From Diplonema japonicum (taxonomy: Eukaryota; Protista; Euglenozoa: Diplonemea), in contig OZ025677.1 of assembly GCA_964019335.1 (NCBI GenBank), positions 372,001 to 436,000 of the forward strand: DNA of 64,000 nt, read 5' to 3'. The notes beneath the pieces are model-generated. The model worked only from the letters and a program-made list of their open reading frames with translations. It was not told the DNA's origin and made no database searches. A program made the translations under genes and the position numbers. Positions 21,049 to 32,984 of this stretch are shown here, in pieces (position 1 is the stretch's first letter; each line of letters opens with the position of its first letter).

Positions 21049-24000
21049 TTATCTACCTCTTTCGCCATCTTCGTCTGGGCAACCGAAATCATTGGCCTTT
21101 AGAGGACACCCTGGACTCCACTTGTTCGCTGCTTCGACGTCTACCCACTCTAGCTTGTAATGATCCTCGTCACATTTCATCTCCGGGCGGTACAACTCCA
21201 ATGCCTCAGAGGAGTCGGGGCACATCGCACCCAGCAAGACATCTGCCTTAGGAATCAACACGTTATTGTCAAAGTGTACACCATCTGACGTATAAGCACC
21301 TCCCTGCTTCGTGATCCCTACCGTGTCAAGCAGCCCCACACCCGTACACACCGACACCAGCTCGACCACTTGTCTAAAAATCTGCACTTTATCCGCGACA
21401 AAGCACGTCCTGCACCACAGATCGTGCTCGCACTTCTCGGGGTGAAAATAGTGCAAGCTGAGTAACGCCATCTTCGCTCCCGGCTGTAGAAGCGACTTTA
21501 TGCGCAGCACCTTCTCCTTCAGCCCGTCGTAAAACACTGAAGGGGAGCAGAAGTGGATTCCGAAGTCCCACAACCCGAAACTCATCGTCACGATCAACGC
21601 TTCATTGCGCAGGTACTGCATGTGCTCCTCCTTCAGCGCGGGCACAGGGGCCCTCGTCGAGAAGATGTCCAGTTGGCGGGAATCCGAGTCGTATCGCGAC
21701 AGCAGAGGGTCCGAGCTGTGCAAAGCTGACAGCAGGTATAACTCCAGCTGGTCACCGATTGAGTCGCCGATAGATAGGTATGGTTTCGCTGTGAGGCAGC
21801 GAACGATAGCCTCGTGCCCCCAGTGCTTCAGACGACATTTCTCGGGGATCCACCTCCCGCTCACGAGCTTGCCTGGGTAGATTTCCTTGTTGGTGGTGCA
21901 CACGGGGAGCTTCTCAGTCTCGTCGACCGTTTCAGGGCATCCAAACTCATTACTGTTCGGGCATTTCTCGGCCCGGTTCATCACCTCTGAGTTGGCCTGC
22001 CACTCCGAGAAGTACCGCTGTTCATCGCACTCGATGGGCGGCTCCCAAAGCCCCAGGCTGTCCTTTTCATCACCGCACATTGCGTTCAGGACGACGTCCA
22101 CCTTTGGAGACATGACGTTGTCACCCCAGTGCACACCGTCGCTTGTGTACTTTGTCCCTGCCTCGGTGATAGGCACGTGGTCGATCATCCCCACACCTGT
22201 GCATGCAGCCACAAGTTGAACGGCCTGCCGGAAAACCTTCACCCGCGATTCCTTGTTGCATGTCCTACACCATTCTTCATGATCGCACTTCTCAGGGTGG
22301 AAGGCCTGCAGGTTGAGCAGTGCGACCTTGGCACCTTGCTGTTTCAAGGAGTTGATCTTTAACACCTTTTCCTTCATAGACTCATAGAACACAACTGGGC
22401 TGCAGAAATGGACACCGAAGTCCCACATTCCAAGAGAAATCACGACCATCATCGCTTCCTTTATGAGGTACTTGACATGGTTATCCGTCACCTTCGGCAG
22501 TGGGTATCTTGTGGACATCAGCTCCAGGTGGCGGGCGTTGGAGGTGTACCGCGTAAGGCTTGGGTCAACGGTGTGTATCCTGGCAAGGAGGTAATGCATG
22601 AACTGCTCGCCGATAGAGTCTCCAATAGAGAGGAAGGGCTTGTCGTTCAGGCAGCTTACGATCTTGTCTGCGGTGAAGTGCTGCAGGCGGCAGTTATTCG
22701 GGATCCACGCACCTGCACTGGAAAGCACTCCTGGGTACAGGCTGACGTGTTTCTGGCACTTCGGCTTTGCATTCTGCTGCGCCACGACTTGCTTGCGAGC
22801 CTCGATCTCCGCATGGCGCAGCTCGTACCTCTCAAGAGACTCGCCCTCATCGTTAATGCAGCCGAACTGGTTAGCATCCTCAGGACATCCTTCTCCCGCA
22901 TTGTGTGCGTCAGGCACCCGTGCCCACCTCAGGCCTGCGGCTTTCTCATCACAAACAAGAGCCGGGTACCACAGCCCCAGCCCTTCTCCTTCGCCACACA
23001 TTACATTTAGAACGAGGTTGGCCTTCGGCTCTATCACTTCACTAAAATAATGTGTGCCGTCAAAGGTGTACTTCTCACCTTGCGAAGAGATGCCCATGGG
23101 GTCGATCATCCCTACCCCTGTGCATGCAGAGACCAGCTGCACGGCCTCCCTGAAGACTGCTATCTTTTCCTTACTGTTGCACGCTCTGCACCAGTTTCCG
23201 ATTTCGCACTTCTCGGGGAAGAAATAATGTAAATTGTAGAGTGCTAAGGTGGCACCCCTCTTGAGCAGTGCACGGTATTTAAGAACCTTTTCTTTCAGAG
23301 CTTTGTAGAAGGTCATCGGGCCGCAGAAGTGGATTCCAAAGTCCCATAGCCCTGCAGAGATGACCACCATGCGGGCCTTGTTCATGAGGAACTTGATGTG
23401 CGGGTTGTCAACAGGGAAAGGAAACCTTGTGCTTCTCTCCTGAAGGTGGCGGACAGATGCGTTGTATCTGTTGATGTAGGTGTTGTTCTCCTTCATGATG
23501 TTGAAAAGATGCCAGAAGACCTGCTCGCCGAGCGAATCGCCAATAGAAAGGAAGGGCTTCTCCGTGAGGCATTGTACAACTTCGCTCTTGTTGAATTGCT
23601 TCAAACTACACTCGCTGGGAGACCACTTGCCAGCGGTGGGAAGCAGCTTCCCCGGATAAATACCTGCGTTGGTAGTGCACGGCTCTCTGTTGATGCTCTG
23701 CTTTATTTCGATCTCTGCCTCGACCATCAGCTCTTTTCTGAGCAGGAACCTGTCAGCGGCACGCCCATCATCGTACGGGCAGCCATACTCGTTTTCATAG
23801 TCGGGGCAGCCTTCGGGGAAGGACTTCGAAGCGGCCTCTGCGTTCCATTTGGCGATGTACGATGCTTCGTCGCATTTCATCTGCGGGTGCCACAGCTGCA
23901 TCTTGTTGCACATCGTATTCATCAGAACATCTGTCTTTGGTATCAACACCTCTGGCATGTAGTGCACGCCGTCAGGACTCGCCTTCTTGCCTTGCTTTGT

Positions 24001-24711
24001 GATCGGTGTCATGTCTAGTATTCCGACACCTGTGCATGCCGATGCCTGCTGAATCACTTCACGGTAAATAGAGGCTCGCTCAGGGGTGACGCAGGTCCGG
24101 CACCATGTCCCTTCGTGACAGTTCTCGGGGTGGAAGTGCTGCAGATTGAGAATCGCCAAGGTGGCTGACGGCTTCGCTTTCTTTTTTATGTCCTTGATGT
24201 GGTCCATCAGCCCGTCGAAAAAGGCTTCGGGTCCGCAGAAGTGCACACCAAAGTCCCACAACCCGAAGGACATCATGACGAACTCTGCTTTAGTCGACAG
24301 GTAGCGCATCAAAGGGCTGTCGTTGGGGGGGAGCTTGGCACGCGTACTGACGACTTCGAGGTGTCTAACCGAGCTGTTGTCGTTGGTTAACGTACTGTGG
24401 CGATTCTTCACTGAGGCCATGATGTGCCCTACTATCTGCTTGCCCACTCCGTCCCCTATGGACAGGAGGGGGACAAAGCTTGAGCACCGCAAGATCTCTT
24501 CATCTGTGAAATGCTTCAGAATGCACTTCTTTGGCGCCCAACTGCCGTTATTCAAATGCAACTTGCCAGGGTACAGTTCCAATCGGTTCATACACAGGTC
24601 TGCATATGGGTCTAAAAACTTCTCAATGTGCAAGCTGTCAGACAGGTTGTACACAGCAAACAGAAGCGCCATCCCTAGGATGATCATCCTATTCTGATGA
24701 CTGTCGCCCAT
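21049..24711 (-). CDS. Type II membrane protein with four tandem SGNH/GDSL (TBL/PC-esterase-like) domains; putative O-acyltransferase or esterase
   Basis: Four ~290-aa repeats, each with YPG..W.P..C, SIGD(S/G), GLWDFG.HFC and DG(V/T)H. N-terminal hydrophobic anchor. Likely ATG at 24711 after an ACAG acceptor. Confidence 0.8.
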   Translation of the reverse strand: MGDSHQNRMIILGMALLFAVYNLSDSLHIEKFLDPYADLCMNRLELYPGKLHLNNGSWAPKKCILKHFTDEEILRCSSFVPLLSIGDGVGKQIVGHIMASVKNRHSTLTNDNSSVRHLEVVSTRAKLPPNDSPLMRYLSTKAEFVMMSFGLWDFGVHFCGPEAFFDGLMDHIKDIKKKAKPSATLAILNLQHFHPENCHEGTWCRTCVTPERASIYREVIQQASACTGVGILDMTPITKQGKKASPDGVHYMPEVLIPKTDVLMNTMCNKMQLWHPQMKCDEASYIAKWNAEAASKSFPEGCPDYENEYGCPYDDGRAADRFLLRKELMVEAEIEIKQSINREPCTTNAGIYPGKLLPTAGKWSPSECSLKQFNKSEVVQCLTEKPFLSIGDSLGEQVFWHLFNIMKENNTYINRYNASVRHLQERSTRFPFPVDNPHIKFLMNKARMVVISAGLWDFGIHFCGPMTFYKALKEKVLKYRALLKRGATLALYNLHYFFPEKCEIGNWCRACNSKEKIAVFREAVQLVSACTGVGMIDPMGISSQGEKYTFDGTHYFSEVIEPKANLVLNVMCGEGEGLGLWYPALVCDEKAAGLRWARVPDAHNAGEGCPEDANQFGCINDEGESLERYELRHAEIEARKQVVAQQNAKPKCQKHVSLYPGVLSSAGAWIPNNCRLQHFTADKIVSCLNDKPFLSIGDSIGEQFMHYLLARIHTVDPSLTRYTSNARHLELMSTRYPLPKVTDNHVKYLIKEAMMVVISLGMWDFGVHFCSPVVFYESMKEKVLKINSLKQQGAKVALLNLQAFHPEKCDHEEWCRTCNKESRVKVFRQAVQLVAACTGVGMIDHVPITEAGTKYTSDGVHWGDNVMSPKVDVVLNAMCGDEKDSLGLWEPPIECDEQRYFSEWQANSEVMNRAEKCPNSNEFGCPETVDETEKLPVCTTNKEIYPGKLVSGRWIPEKCRLKHWGHEAIVRCLTAKPYLSIGDSIGDQLELYLLSALHSSDPLLSRYDSDSRQLDIFSTRAPVPALKEEHMQYLRNEALIVTMSFGLWDFGIHFCSPSVFYDGLKEKVLRIKSLLQPGAKMALLSLHYFHPEKCEHDLWCRTCFVADKVQIFRQVVELVSVCTGVGLLDTVGITKQGGAYTSDGVHFDNNVLIPKADVLLGAMCPDSSEALELYRPEMKCDEDHYKLEWVDVEAANKWSPGCPLKANDFGCPDEDGERGR

Positions 24712-25881
24712 CGCTAACCCTTCCCACCTGTTGTGACATGTGTGACGCGTACGGAAGAAAACTGTGCATAACCACTTGAAGAGAAGGGGGCAGAAGATCA
24801 AGATGAGAGGGAAAAAAAAAGATCTCGACATTAGCACAACGGGTGTACGCTACGTAGCTCAAGCCAACTGTCTACTGGAAGAAATGAAAAGGAAGACAAA
24901 GAGGAACCAAGAAAAAAAGAGATGAGATGAAGGAGGTTCCTGTTTTGGAACGTCCCCCTTTACGTCTCCACAAGAAAAAGAAAAAAAGAGAAAACAAAAA
25001 AAAAGTTGTCTCGATTTTAGTGGTGCCATGCAGTATGTGACACAGCGGCCACCCTTGTGAAACTTCGCCCCGAAGCCTCCCAAGTCCCCTGTGGTCCCGT
25101 AGAAAGTAAAAGTGGAGAGGTAAAGAAAGCTTGGAAATTGAAATAGGGAGAGGGGCCACAGAAGCAATTAAACACCAACTGGAGAGTTGTGGGAGGCTTG
25201 CTTCACTGGCACGATGCCGCGGGGAGGCTACTTGCCTGACCTGGTGAAGCCACCTCCTTGTTCGATGTAATGGGATAAGGGACTCTCCGTTGAGGGCGAT
25301 GCTAACTGGCGCCACGCGTAGGGTGGGCTCTCCACCCCCGTCCAGGTTTCCCCACGTGTACGGCTTTAGAACGAGAGTTTCCCTTTCGCTTGTGTTTCTC
25401 CAAACCACAATTACCAGGAACCACCACAGGGAGGTTGGAAACATTGGTCCCCTAAAAAAAGGAACTGACGGGTAAAAACCAGAAGCATATAATCCCGTAA
25501 ACACCTTGTCAGCGTTCCTTTTGTTTAGACAAGTCAAAAGACTCGTTTCTTGCAAAAAAAAAAAAAAAAAAAAAAAAAGAAAACGTGCTTAGAACCTTTT
25601 GCATGAACAAAGCGGAAAGAAATTGCCCACACCTGCGCATGTGACTGTGAGTAACCGTGTTTTCTTTTCTGATTTAATTTCTTCTAGGTTTTGAAACCCC
25701 GCAAACGACGCGTTTCAAAATTTGAAAAATTCTCAAACGTTAATAACCTAGCAGACGTTGCAATGCGGTTTCCTGAAGGTAAAGAAAAGTGGAAAACCAA
25801 CAAGAACACGAAAACACACTGATGCGCACACAGATCTCAAAAGACGCGTCATCCCGAGTAGCCCCATAAACACTGCGCCTC

Positions 25882-28800
25882 TTATTTTCCGAACTTGCCC
25901 CCCTTTCCTCCTTTACCTTTACCTCTACCTTTACCGTTGCCCTTCCCTTTTCCTTTTCCTTTTCCTTTACGGAAACTCTGCGGGTTCTCAAGGATCTCTT
26001 CTGCCTCTTCTACCGATGGCAAAGGTACGTCATCTGTAAGTTTAGTATTTTTTGCATGATGTATAATGCTAGCATACCGTGGTATCCACAGGCGTCTGAC
26101 CGGCTGATCGCATCGCGCAGCCTCTTAGCCATTTCGTTGAAGGCGACCGGGCGTGCACCGATGTTTGCAAGGAACCCCGGCCACTCATCCTTCAAGGCCT
26201 CCTCCACGGACCCGATCTCCTTGATGAGCGCATCTGTCATGTCGCTTGTGGGGAACCCCATGCGGGTGTCGTAGCTAGTCTTCATTGCATCGTACGAACC
26301 GCCGTCGGGCCTTACCAGTTTACAAAAAAAGATCTGAAACATGACCAGCTTGCACGATGTCAGGTTAGCTCTGAAGGACTGCTTCATGAGATCAAAGTCA
26401 TGCCCAGGGGCGTCGGGGACTACTGCCCTCGCAGCGAACAGCTTGCTTTTCTTGAGCGACCACCTGACGTGCCTGCTGAACAGCTCCTGAAGGAAGGCAC
26501 TCTTCAAGTCGGTCCATGTATACTCAGTGCTGACGGATAGGAGACACAGCAGCGTGCCCAAATCAGGGGTGATGCTCTTATGCCGCTCTTGCGTGTGGTC
26601 GATGAACCTCGCTATCGACCTCTCGACATGGAACTGCAGCTCATCGTACGTATCGCAGCAGTAGAGCATCAGCCTGTGGACGGCACAGTAGCCTTGCAAA
26701 GCCTTTACTGATGCGTGCAGCTGCCCCTTCATCACCTCGACCACAAGGTTGTTCATGATCTGCGGCAGTGCAATGAGTATCCCGCTCACCTGATCAGATA
26801 GCGCACTCTGTGCACATAACGTACTGGAGACAACTGGCACAGGGGGGTCAAACCCGCCCTCGATGTCTACAGCGATGGTTGCTTTGTTGAAGGCTATCCC
26901 TGGTGCGAGGGCGTTGGTTCCCTTGTACTTTGGTACTACAAAAGCGACACCCAAGTCTTCACCATTAAGGTAGTAACTGATGGTCCTGTCGGTAGCATTC
27001 CACAAGGTGCCCACCACGTCGCCAGGCTTGATAGGCGGTCCGTATGGTTCGCGCCCGGCATTGTGGACTTTGTGCCCAACAGTGGAGTAGCAGAACCCAC
27101 ATTTATCCACGCCAAGGTTTACATCACCATCGTTAGTGACCCACCCTATCTTCACAGCACCATGCGCGGCCTTGTTCCCCCCCACTTTGAAGCCTTCTAT
27201 CTCGGCGTAGTCCAGTACCTGAACCTGGTAGTAGTGGCACTCCGAGGCATACATCTCGCCGCCCTTGATGCCTACCCACGCTGTCGACTTGAACACATCA
27301 CCGGGAACATCGATCTTCCGGAGAAACTTCTTACCCTGGCCCTCCAGATCCCCACCTCCGATCATCCATTGAACCTTTGCAACTGAAGTTCTAATGTCCT
27401 TAGACAACTCTGCAAACATCGTGTCCATGTGTATCATGGAGCGCTGGGCGTGCAGGTGATTGATGTACAATGGTATCCAGTGTGTGAACTTCTCCTTCCA
27501 CACACCGAGACGGACACCCTCAGTGTAAGCTGTGAAGCTGATAGGGTCAAATTGACACGAGAAAACAGGTCTGTCATTGGCAGCTTTGGCTGAGTTGACA
27601 CCAATGCCCAAAACATCCTCATCCCACGCTGCCTTCGTGGTGAAGCACTTCAGATGCTGCGCTTCCCAAAACTGGGCATTCTGGTACAAAGGTTCCCACT
27701 TCTTGCACACCTGTGCCATGTACCTTCTCTCCCTGTTCCTTGGAAGCCATTCCATAATACGCAGTATGATATCCTCAGGAGCATCTGTGATGAGGGGAGA
27801 GGGCTTGGACCCCGCAGCCATTTTCTCGTCTTTAAGACTGATCATGACACGCTTCACACCTTCCAAGGCGTCCTTGTCACCCTCGGCAGCCTCAAGCAGC
27901 TCTTTATGGAAGTTGTTTAATGCATAGGTGGGCGCATCGTCGCACTCCAACACACTTGGCAGCTCAGGGAACGTGTTCACACCGGCTGAGTGGCCACAGG
28001 AGTCGCATTCGTAGCCTACTCTTCTACGAATGTACCACGTCCGCTTGTCATAACTGGACTGCAGCGTCATGTAGCTGTCTCTGCCATTGTGGCAAACCTC
28101 CTTAAAGCACACATCGACATAAGGGAGTAAATCTACCGAAGGAGTGCACGCGGTCACATGTAGGAGCCCAGGTTCATGTCCCTTGAGCCTTACAGTAAAG
28201 TTGGTCGGCTTGTCACCTATCTCTTCGGCACGTAAGGAGCCCGTTCCTAAGGTTATCGTTTTCGCGTCCTCGATCTCAACCATCAGCACGAACTTGACAG
28301 TTGTCACAGCGTTCTTACCAACACCAAGATCGATGTCCAGCCACTGATCCCAGTGCACTGTGACTTCCGAATCGCCCTCGGCTACGTTCATATGCGATAT
28401 CTTTGTGGTTTCGATACCCCAGGTTGTTTCAACCTGGACAAAAGGTTTGCATTTCTGTTCCTTAGTGTGCCTGTAGGCGATGTGTTCGTATCCCTTCAGC
28501 AGGTCGATTCTGACAGCACTGGACACCAGCACTGTGCACAACTTCTTGCGGCTGGTGAGGTACTTCTTGGCGAAAGCTTGGCGCTTTATTGTAACAGTCT
28601 CGTCATCTGTCAGGCACCCGTCTTCCTTGTAGGCGTTGTAGTACTGTTCCAACTTTGCGCAGTCGGCAAGGTGCATGGATGTCCACTTTGGGTTATATCT
28701 CCCGTAACCATCGCAGTGTGAGGAAGTACACCAGCCAGCTCCTGACGGTGTGTGTTTGCACCTGCTAAAAGGATCCCACTTCCAGTCTCTCCACGTGCTG

Positions 28801-30449
28801 ACGCATCTATGATGGAGCATGACCTCCCAGAAAGGCTCTGAACTCCATTGCTTGATTACGATTTCCAATTTAGGAGAAGGGTCTGCGAACCCGATATATG
28901 TGCTTCCCGACACCATATCGACGGTCATGTTGGTGGGCATCATGCTGTACATCTGGATAGGGTGCTGACGGGTAGCCCTGTCCCACAGAACGTCGCACAC
29001 CTTAGCAGGGTCGGCGGCAGGAATTGTGAATATAGCGCTGCAGTTATAAAGCATGCAATACACCCATGCACCGCGCACGTCGATTCGGTGAACTGCCACT
29101 GTCTTGAAGTCATCAGACACCGGGGTCAGCAGCACGCTCCCCACAGCCACGTCTCTTATATTCGTCACATCATAAATAAGGATTCCTCTGCTCGTTGCTA
29201 CGTACAATCTTGCTACGCCCTGATACGGCATAAAGGCAATATCATTGTAGTGAACAGAAGAGTCGTACGGGTTATACATCTGACACTCGTCAGGCAGCAG
29301 TACGGGACTAGTAGGGTCCTCCAGATCGTACACACCAATACTGTCCTGCATGATGATGTAGAACAGGCCCTGTTGAGGGGAGATAATTATCTTATTTTTC
29401 TCCCAATGGTTGTGCAGGCTGCTCACGATGCCCACCTGGTTTGGCGCGCTTGGATCAGAGATATCATAGATCCTCAGTCCCGTGGGGGAGAAAGCGTACA
29501 GGAACTCTTTGTAAAAACAAATGGTATTCTCGGGGCTCACACCAGACTTCTTCGTCTTTATCTTGATGTTTCCGATCTCTTCAGGTGCCAAGGGGTTCAA
29601 ACAGCTCACGATTTTGATGGTTCTGCCAATGTCAATGTAGACCTCGTTGGCAGACTTGCAGTACACACCAGTCACCTCTCCGCTTTGGAATGAGAAGTAG
29701 GAGATCTCTTTGGGATCCTGGTCGGGCCTGCTAGTGTCGAACAACCGCATTCCATTGTTTTCAACAGTGAATAAAACTCCAGAGTGCAATGCTAGGTGTT
29801 TTATGTGGTTGGGAAGTGCAAAGCTTGTGATGGACTGCTCAGCCATGGGACGGAAGGTAGCTAGGCGCGAGTATGACCTATCTTCCCCCGTGTAGAAGAA
29901 GCTTTGAAGCTGTCGTAGAATTGCCTGGACACCGTACGCAGAGGACCAGCCGGTGAAGGGTGTGAGCATGACCTTGTCGACGTCGCCCTCCTGCAACATG
30001 TCAACACATATGTAGTACTTTTTACCAGCGTAGGGAAAGACATTGGGGTGCTTTACATCAGAACCAAGGATTGTGACAGTTGGTGGGTATGCAGGGTAAG
30101 TAGGGGGGAAGCTCAGCTCCAAGTGCAAGACGCCTTTCCCCGTGACACCACCAGGGGCCGCCACGTTGCAGTGCCAGCAAAGCAAGTTGTCATCGACTAT
30201 GTCTGCTGAAACACCCCACGACGGGTCAGCCTTCACGATCGCAAGCTCTCTCATCAGCCGCCTGGCCGCGGAATGTGTCACGACACCCCTCCCAGCACGC
30301 GCTGCCGCTCTTCGGCTCAATTTGTAATTCTCACTGTTCTCCCAGCGCTTCATACAGGCCCTGGTTTGATGTTCATGTTTGGAGGCGAACCCCCGCATCT
30401 TCTCCTCCTCCTGTTCCACTTCATTTCCCTTATCCCCGTCGCCAGGCAT
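25882..30449 (-). CDS. Giant ubiquitin-conjugating (E2) multidomain protein: UBC, LVIVD repeats, WWE-like, C2, F-box, SPRY and GK-rich tail; exons 30449-26078 and 26033-25882
   Basis: UBC: RRLMREL, FPPTYPAYPP, HPN..YICVDML. F-box: ITDAPEDIILRIMEWL..QVCKKW. SPRY: YGPPIKPGDVVG..ISYYLNGEDLGVAF. A 44-nt GTATG..TACTAAAC..CAG intron leads to a last exon ending KGKGKG..FGK*. Confidence 0.85.
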
Positions 30450-31196
30450 ACCTGTAGAGGTGGTTTGCTTTGAAATTCAAAAAAAGAAAAAAGAAATAAG
30501 AGGGTGGAGCTATAAGCCAAAGATTTAAGTTTTAACTAGAAAAAAAAAAGAAAAAAACAGGCTGGCCACTGTAGGCGAACCATCTTTGGGTATTAATAAA
30601 AGAAGGAAGGCTTTTCAAGGAGTCACACGAACCCCTTTCTTGCTGTTGCCCACCGAACTAAAAGAGAATATAATCTGAAGGCGGTGAAGGACCTGAAAGG
30701 GCACGGGTAAGATACACCACGTTTCTTGAGTCCTTGCCTTGTCGTGCTTTCAAATAGGCAACAACCTATTGCCACCAGTGGCACTATGCCGGGGGGGGGG
30801 CAATAGGTGTAACTGCAAGTTGGGGAATTGCTTTAAATACGCACGCCTACCTTGTTGTCTCAAGGGGATGGGATACAGAAATCTCTGCATTCTCACGACA
30901 CACAATGAATGTGGAGTTTGGACACTAGGTAGCTGTCAAACAGTAAAGATAAAGGCAAGGGAAGAAACAAAAAAAAAAACAAAAAAAGAACCTTTCAGAC
31001 AGGCCACGATAAAACAAATACACGAGCATAACTAACAAAAAAAATCGTTTTCGTTGTGTTGTAAAAATTAAAGAAGAAGAAAAAAACAAAGGAGGCTAAA
31101 AAAAAAAAAGAAAAAAAAAGATGTTACTTCTTTTTATCTCCATGTTATCCCCCACCACATGGCAAATAAAAAAAAAGAAAAAGGTGCAGCAGAATC

Positions 31197-32645
31197 TCAA
31201 ATTCTCCTCTCAGCATGGACCTGCAGACCACCTTCACCAAGCTGGTAGGTGATAGTGATGAGGGGCTTGGGAGTGAAGCCTTTCTTAAGCCTGAAGGAAT
31301 ACTTCTCAGCCAGTGTTAGCAAAGCAACCTTAGCCTCAAGAAGCGCCATGTTCTTCCCAAGGCACAGACGAGGCCCCGCGTTGAAAGTGTTGTACGTATA
31401 GTCGTCGGGCAGGTCTCCTGACATCCACCTCTCGGGCTTGTACGTGTTGGGGTCGGGCCAGTAGTCAGGGTGGCGGTTCGTAACGTAAGGGGACCATGTC
31501 ACGTTGGCACCTTTGGGGACAACTGTACCTGAGGGGAAAACTACATCGTTGACTGTCATCTTCTCGTTCTCAGGGACAGATGGGTGCAACCTCAGTGCCT
31601 CGAGTACAACGGCAGTGCTGTACGGAGACTTCTCATCAATGTCGTCAAAGGTGAGTGCTTCGCTTGACCCGTTGAACACCTGCGCTGCCTCAGCATGGAG
31701 CTTCTCCTGACACTCTTCATTAAGGCTCAGGTAGTACACAGACGAGGTTAGTGCAGATCCCGTTGTATCTCTCCCAGCAAGCATGAAGTTCAGCAGGACA
31801 TCCCTTAGACACACACTGTTCCCCGTCTCCTTCGCATCCTCCATGAACAGCCCCGTCATTGTTGAGTCATTAGCACGTATGCCCCTGTCCTCATAATCCT
31901 GCAGTACGTCTCCAATGTACTTATCGACTATCTTCATGTTTTCACTGATGATCCGCTCACTGCCGATGTTCAGCATTCGTGTCAGCCGCCACCATGGGAG
32001 GAAGAACCTAGTAGGGATCTCCTTTTGGATGTGATCGAAGGCTGCTTGGAATGCAGCGTCTGCAGGGGACTTCTTCCTGTCGAAGGCAACCTCGTTGATG
32101 CAGTCGAAGGTGTATTTATAGAAGTGCTTCTGGATGTCGAAGGGCATATCGGTATCAGCATGCTTCGCGATCTCGTTGCACAAGGCGACAGCATGGACTC
32201 CGAAGACATCGGACATGCGCTCCCTTAGCTTCCTGCGGTTGAACATGTGCGAGGCTGTGACCCGCTGTTGCTTCCACTGTGCGCCATTAGAAACGAAGAT
32301 TCCCGTCCCGAGCAACTCCTCGAATTTGTCAGAAAGGTCCTTCTCGAAGTCGTGGAACCTGTCTAATAACAAGTGCTTGATGTCCTTTGGGTCTACGATG
32401 AATACACCACTGAGCCCACCAAAGTGCGCCCAGGCATACGGTTTCCATCCGTTGTTGTCCAGCTCCCTTACTTCATATTCTCCGCCTGACAGCTCCTTGC
32501 GCCATACAAATTCATAGATCAAGGACCAAGTCGTGCCCACAAACGGCAGGTACACAGAAGTAAGAGGCACCGTCGTTTTCAACGGCACCGCACGCATCCT
32601 GTACAGCAACACAGCCAGCACGCCCACTGCAACTAAGAACCACAT
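31197..32645 (-). CDS. Cytochrome P450 (CYP86/94/704-like, putative fatty-acid hydroxylase)
   Basis: N-terminal anchor MWFLVAVGVLAVLL, LLGTGIFVSNG, NFMLAGRDTT, EALR, PERW and heme motif FNAGPRLCLG. Confidence 0.95.
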   Translation of the reverse strand: MWFLVAVGVLAVLLYRMRAVPLKTTVPLTSVYLPFVGTTWSLIYEFVWRKELSGGEYEVRELDNNGWKPYAWAHFGGLSGVFIVDPKDIKHLLLDRFHDFEKDLSDKFEELLGTGIFVSNGAQWKQQRVTASHMFNRRKLRERMSDVFGVHAVALCNEIAKHADTDMPFDIQKHFYKYTFDCINEVAFDRKKSPADAAFQAAFDHIQKEIPTRFFLPWWRLTRMLNIGSERIISENMKIVDKYIGDVLQDYEDRGIRANDSTMTGLFMEDAKETGNSVCLRDVLLNFMLAGRDTTGSALTSSVYYLSLNEECQEKLHAEAAQVFNGSSEALTFDDIDEKSPYSTAVVLEALRLHPSVPENEKMTVNDVVFPSGTVVPKGANVTWSPYVTNRHPDYWPDPNTYKPERWMSGDLPDDYTYNTFNAGPRLCLGKNMALLEAKVALLTLAEKYSFRLKKGFTPKPLITITYQLGEGGLQVHAERRI

Positions 32646-32984
32646 TTTGTTCTTTTTCTTCAAACCTGAAAAATTATTCAAAGAAGAAAAAGAGAAAAAG
32701 AAACATAAGCCAAAAGAAACAGGGATTTGTTGGTCACACGAACTTGCGTCCTAACCCCTGTTAAGAAAGGCTCTGGCGAGCACTCGGTCTAGTGTGGTAG
32801 CTAGCTCCGGGTGCCACAGAGTGGGCTGTGCCATACGCGAGTTTTCCTTGAACTAGGCTTAAGTTAAGCTAATACGTTAGTTGGAGGGCTTGACATTACA
32901 AGATTAAGGTTTCATTAAAATTGGAGAAAAGACAACAACGATGAACCTAGTGTGTCCATCTTGTTGTTCTTTCCTTTTGGGTGC

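Noticed and set aside
24872-25555. 227-aa ORF between the SGNH and UBC genes
   Set aside because: No recognisable motif and low-complexity ends; possibly a decayed repeat.
30763-30808. Small hairpins here and at about 2046-2095, 9228-9242, 25689-25720 and 51574-51599
   Set aside because: Stems of 6-11 bp can arise by chance, and there is no independent support.
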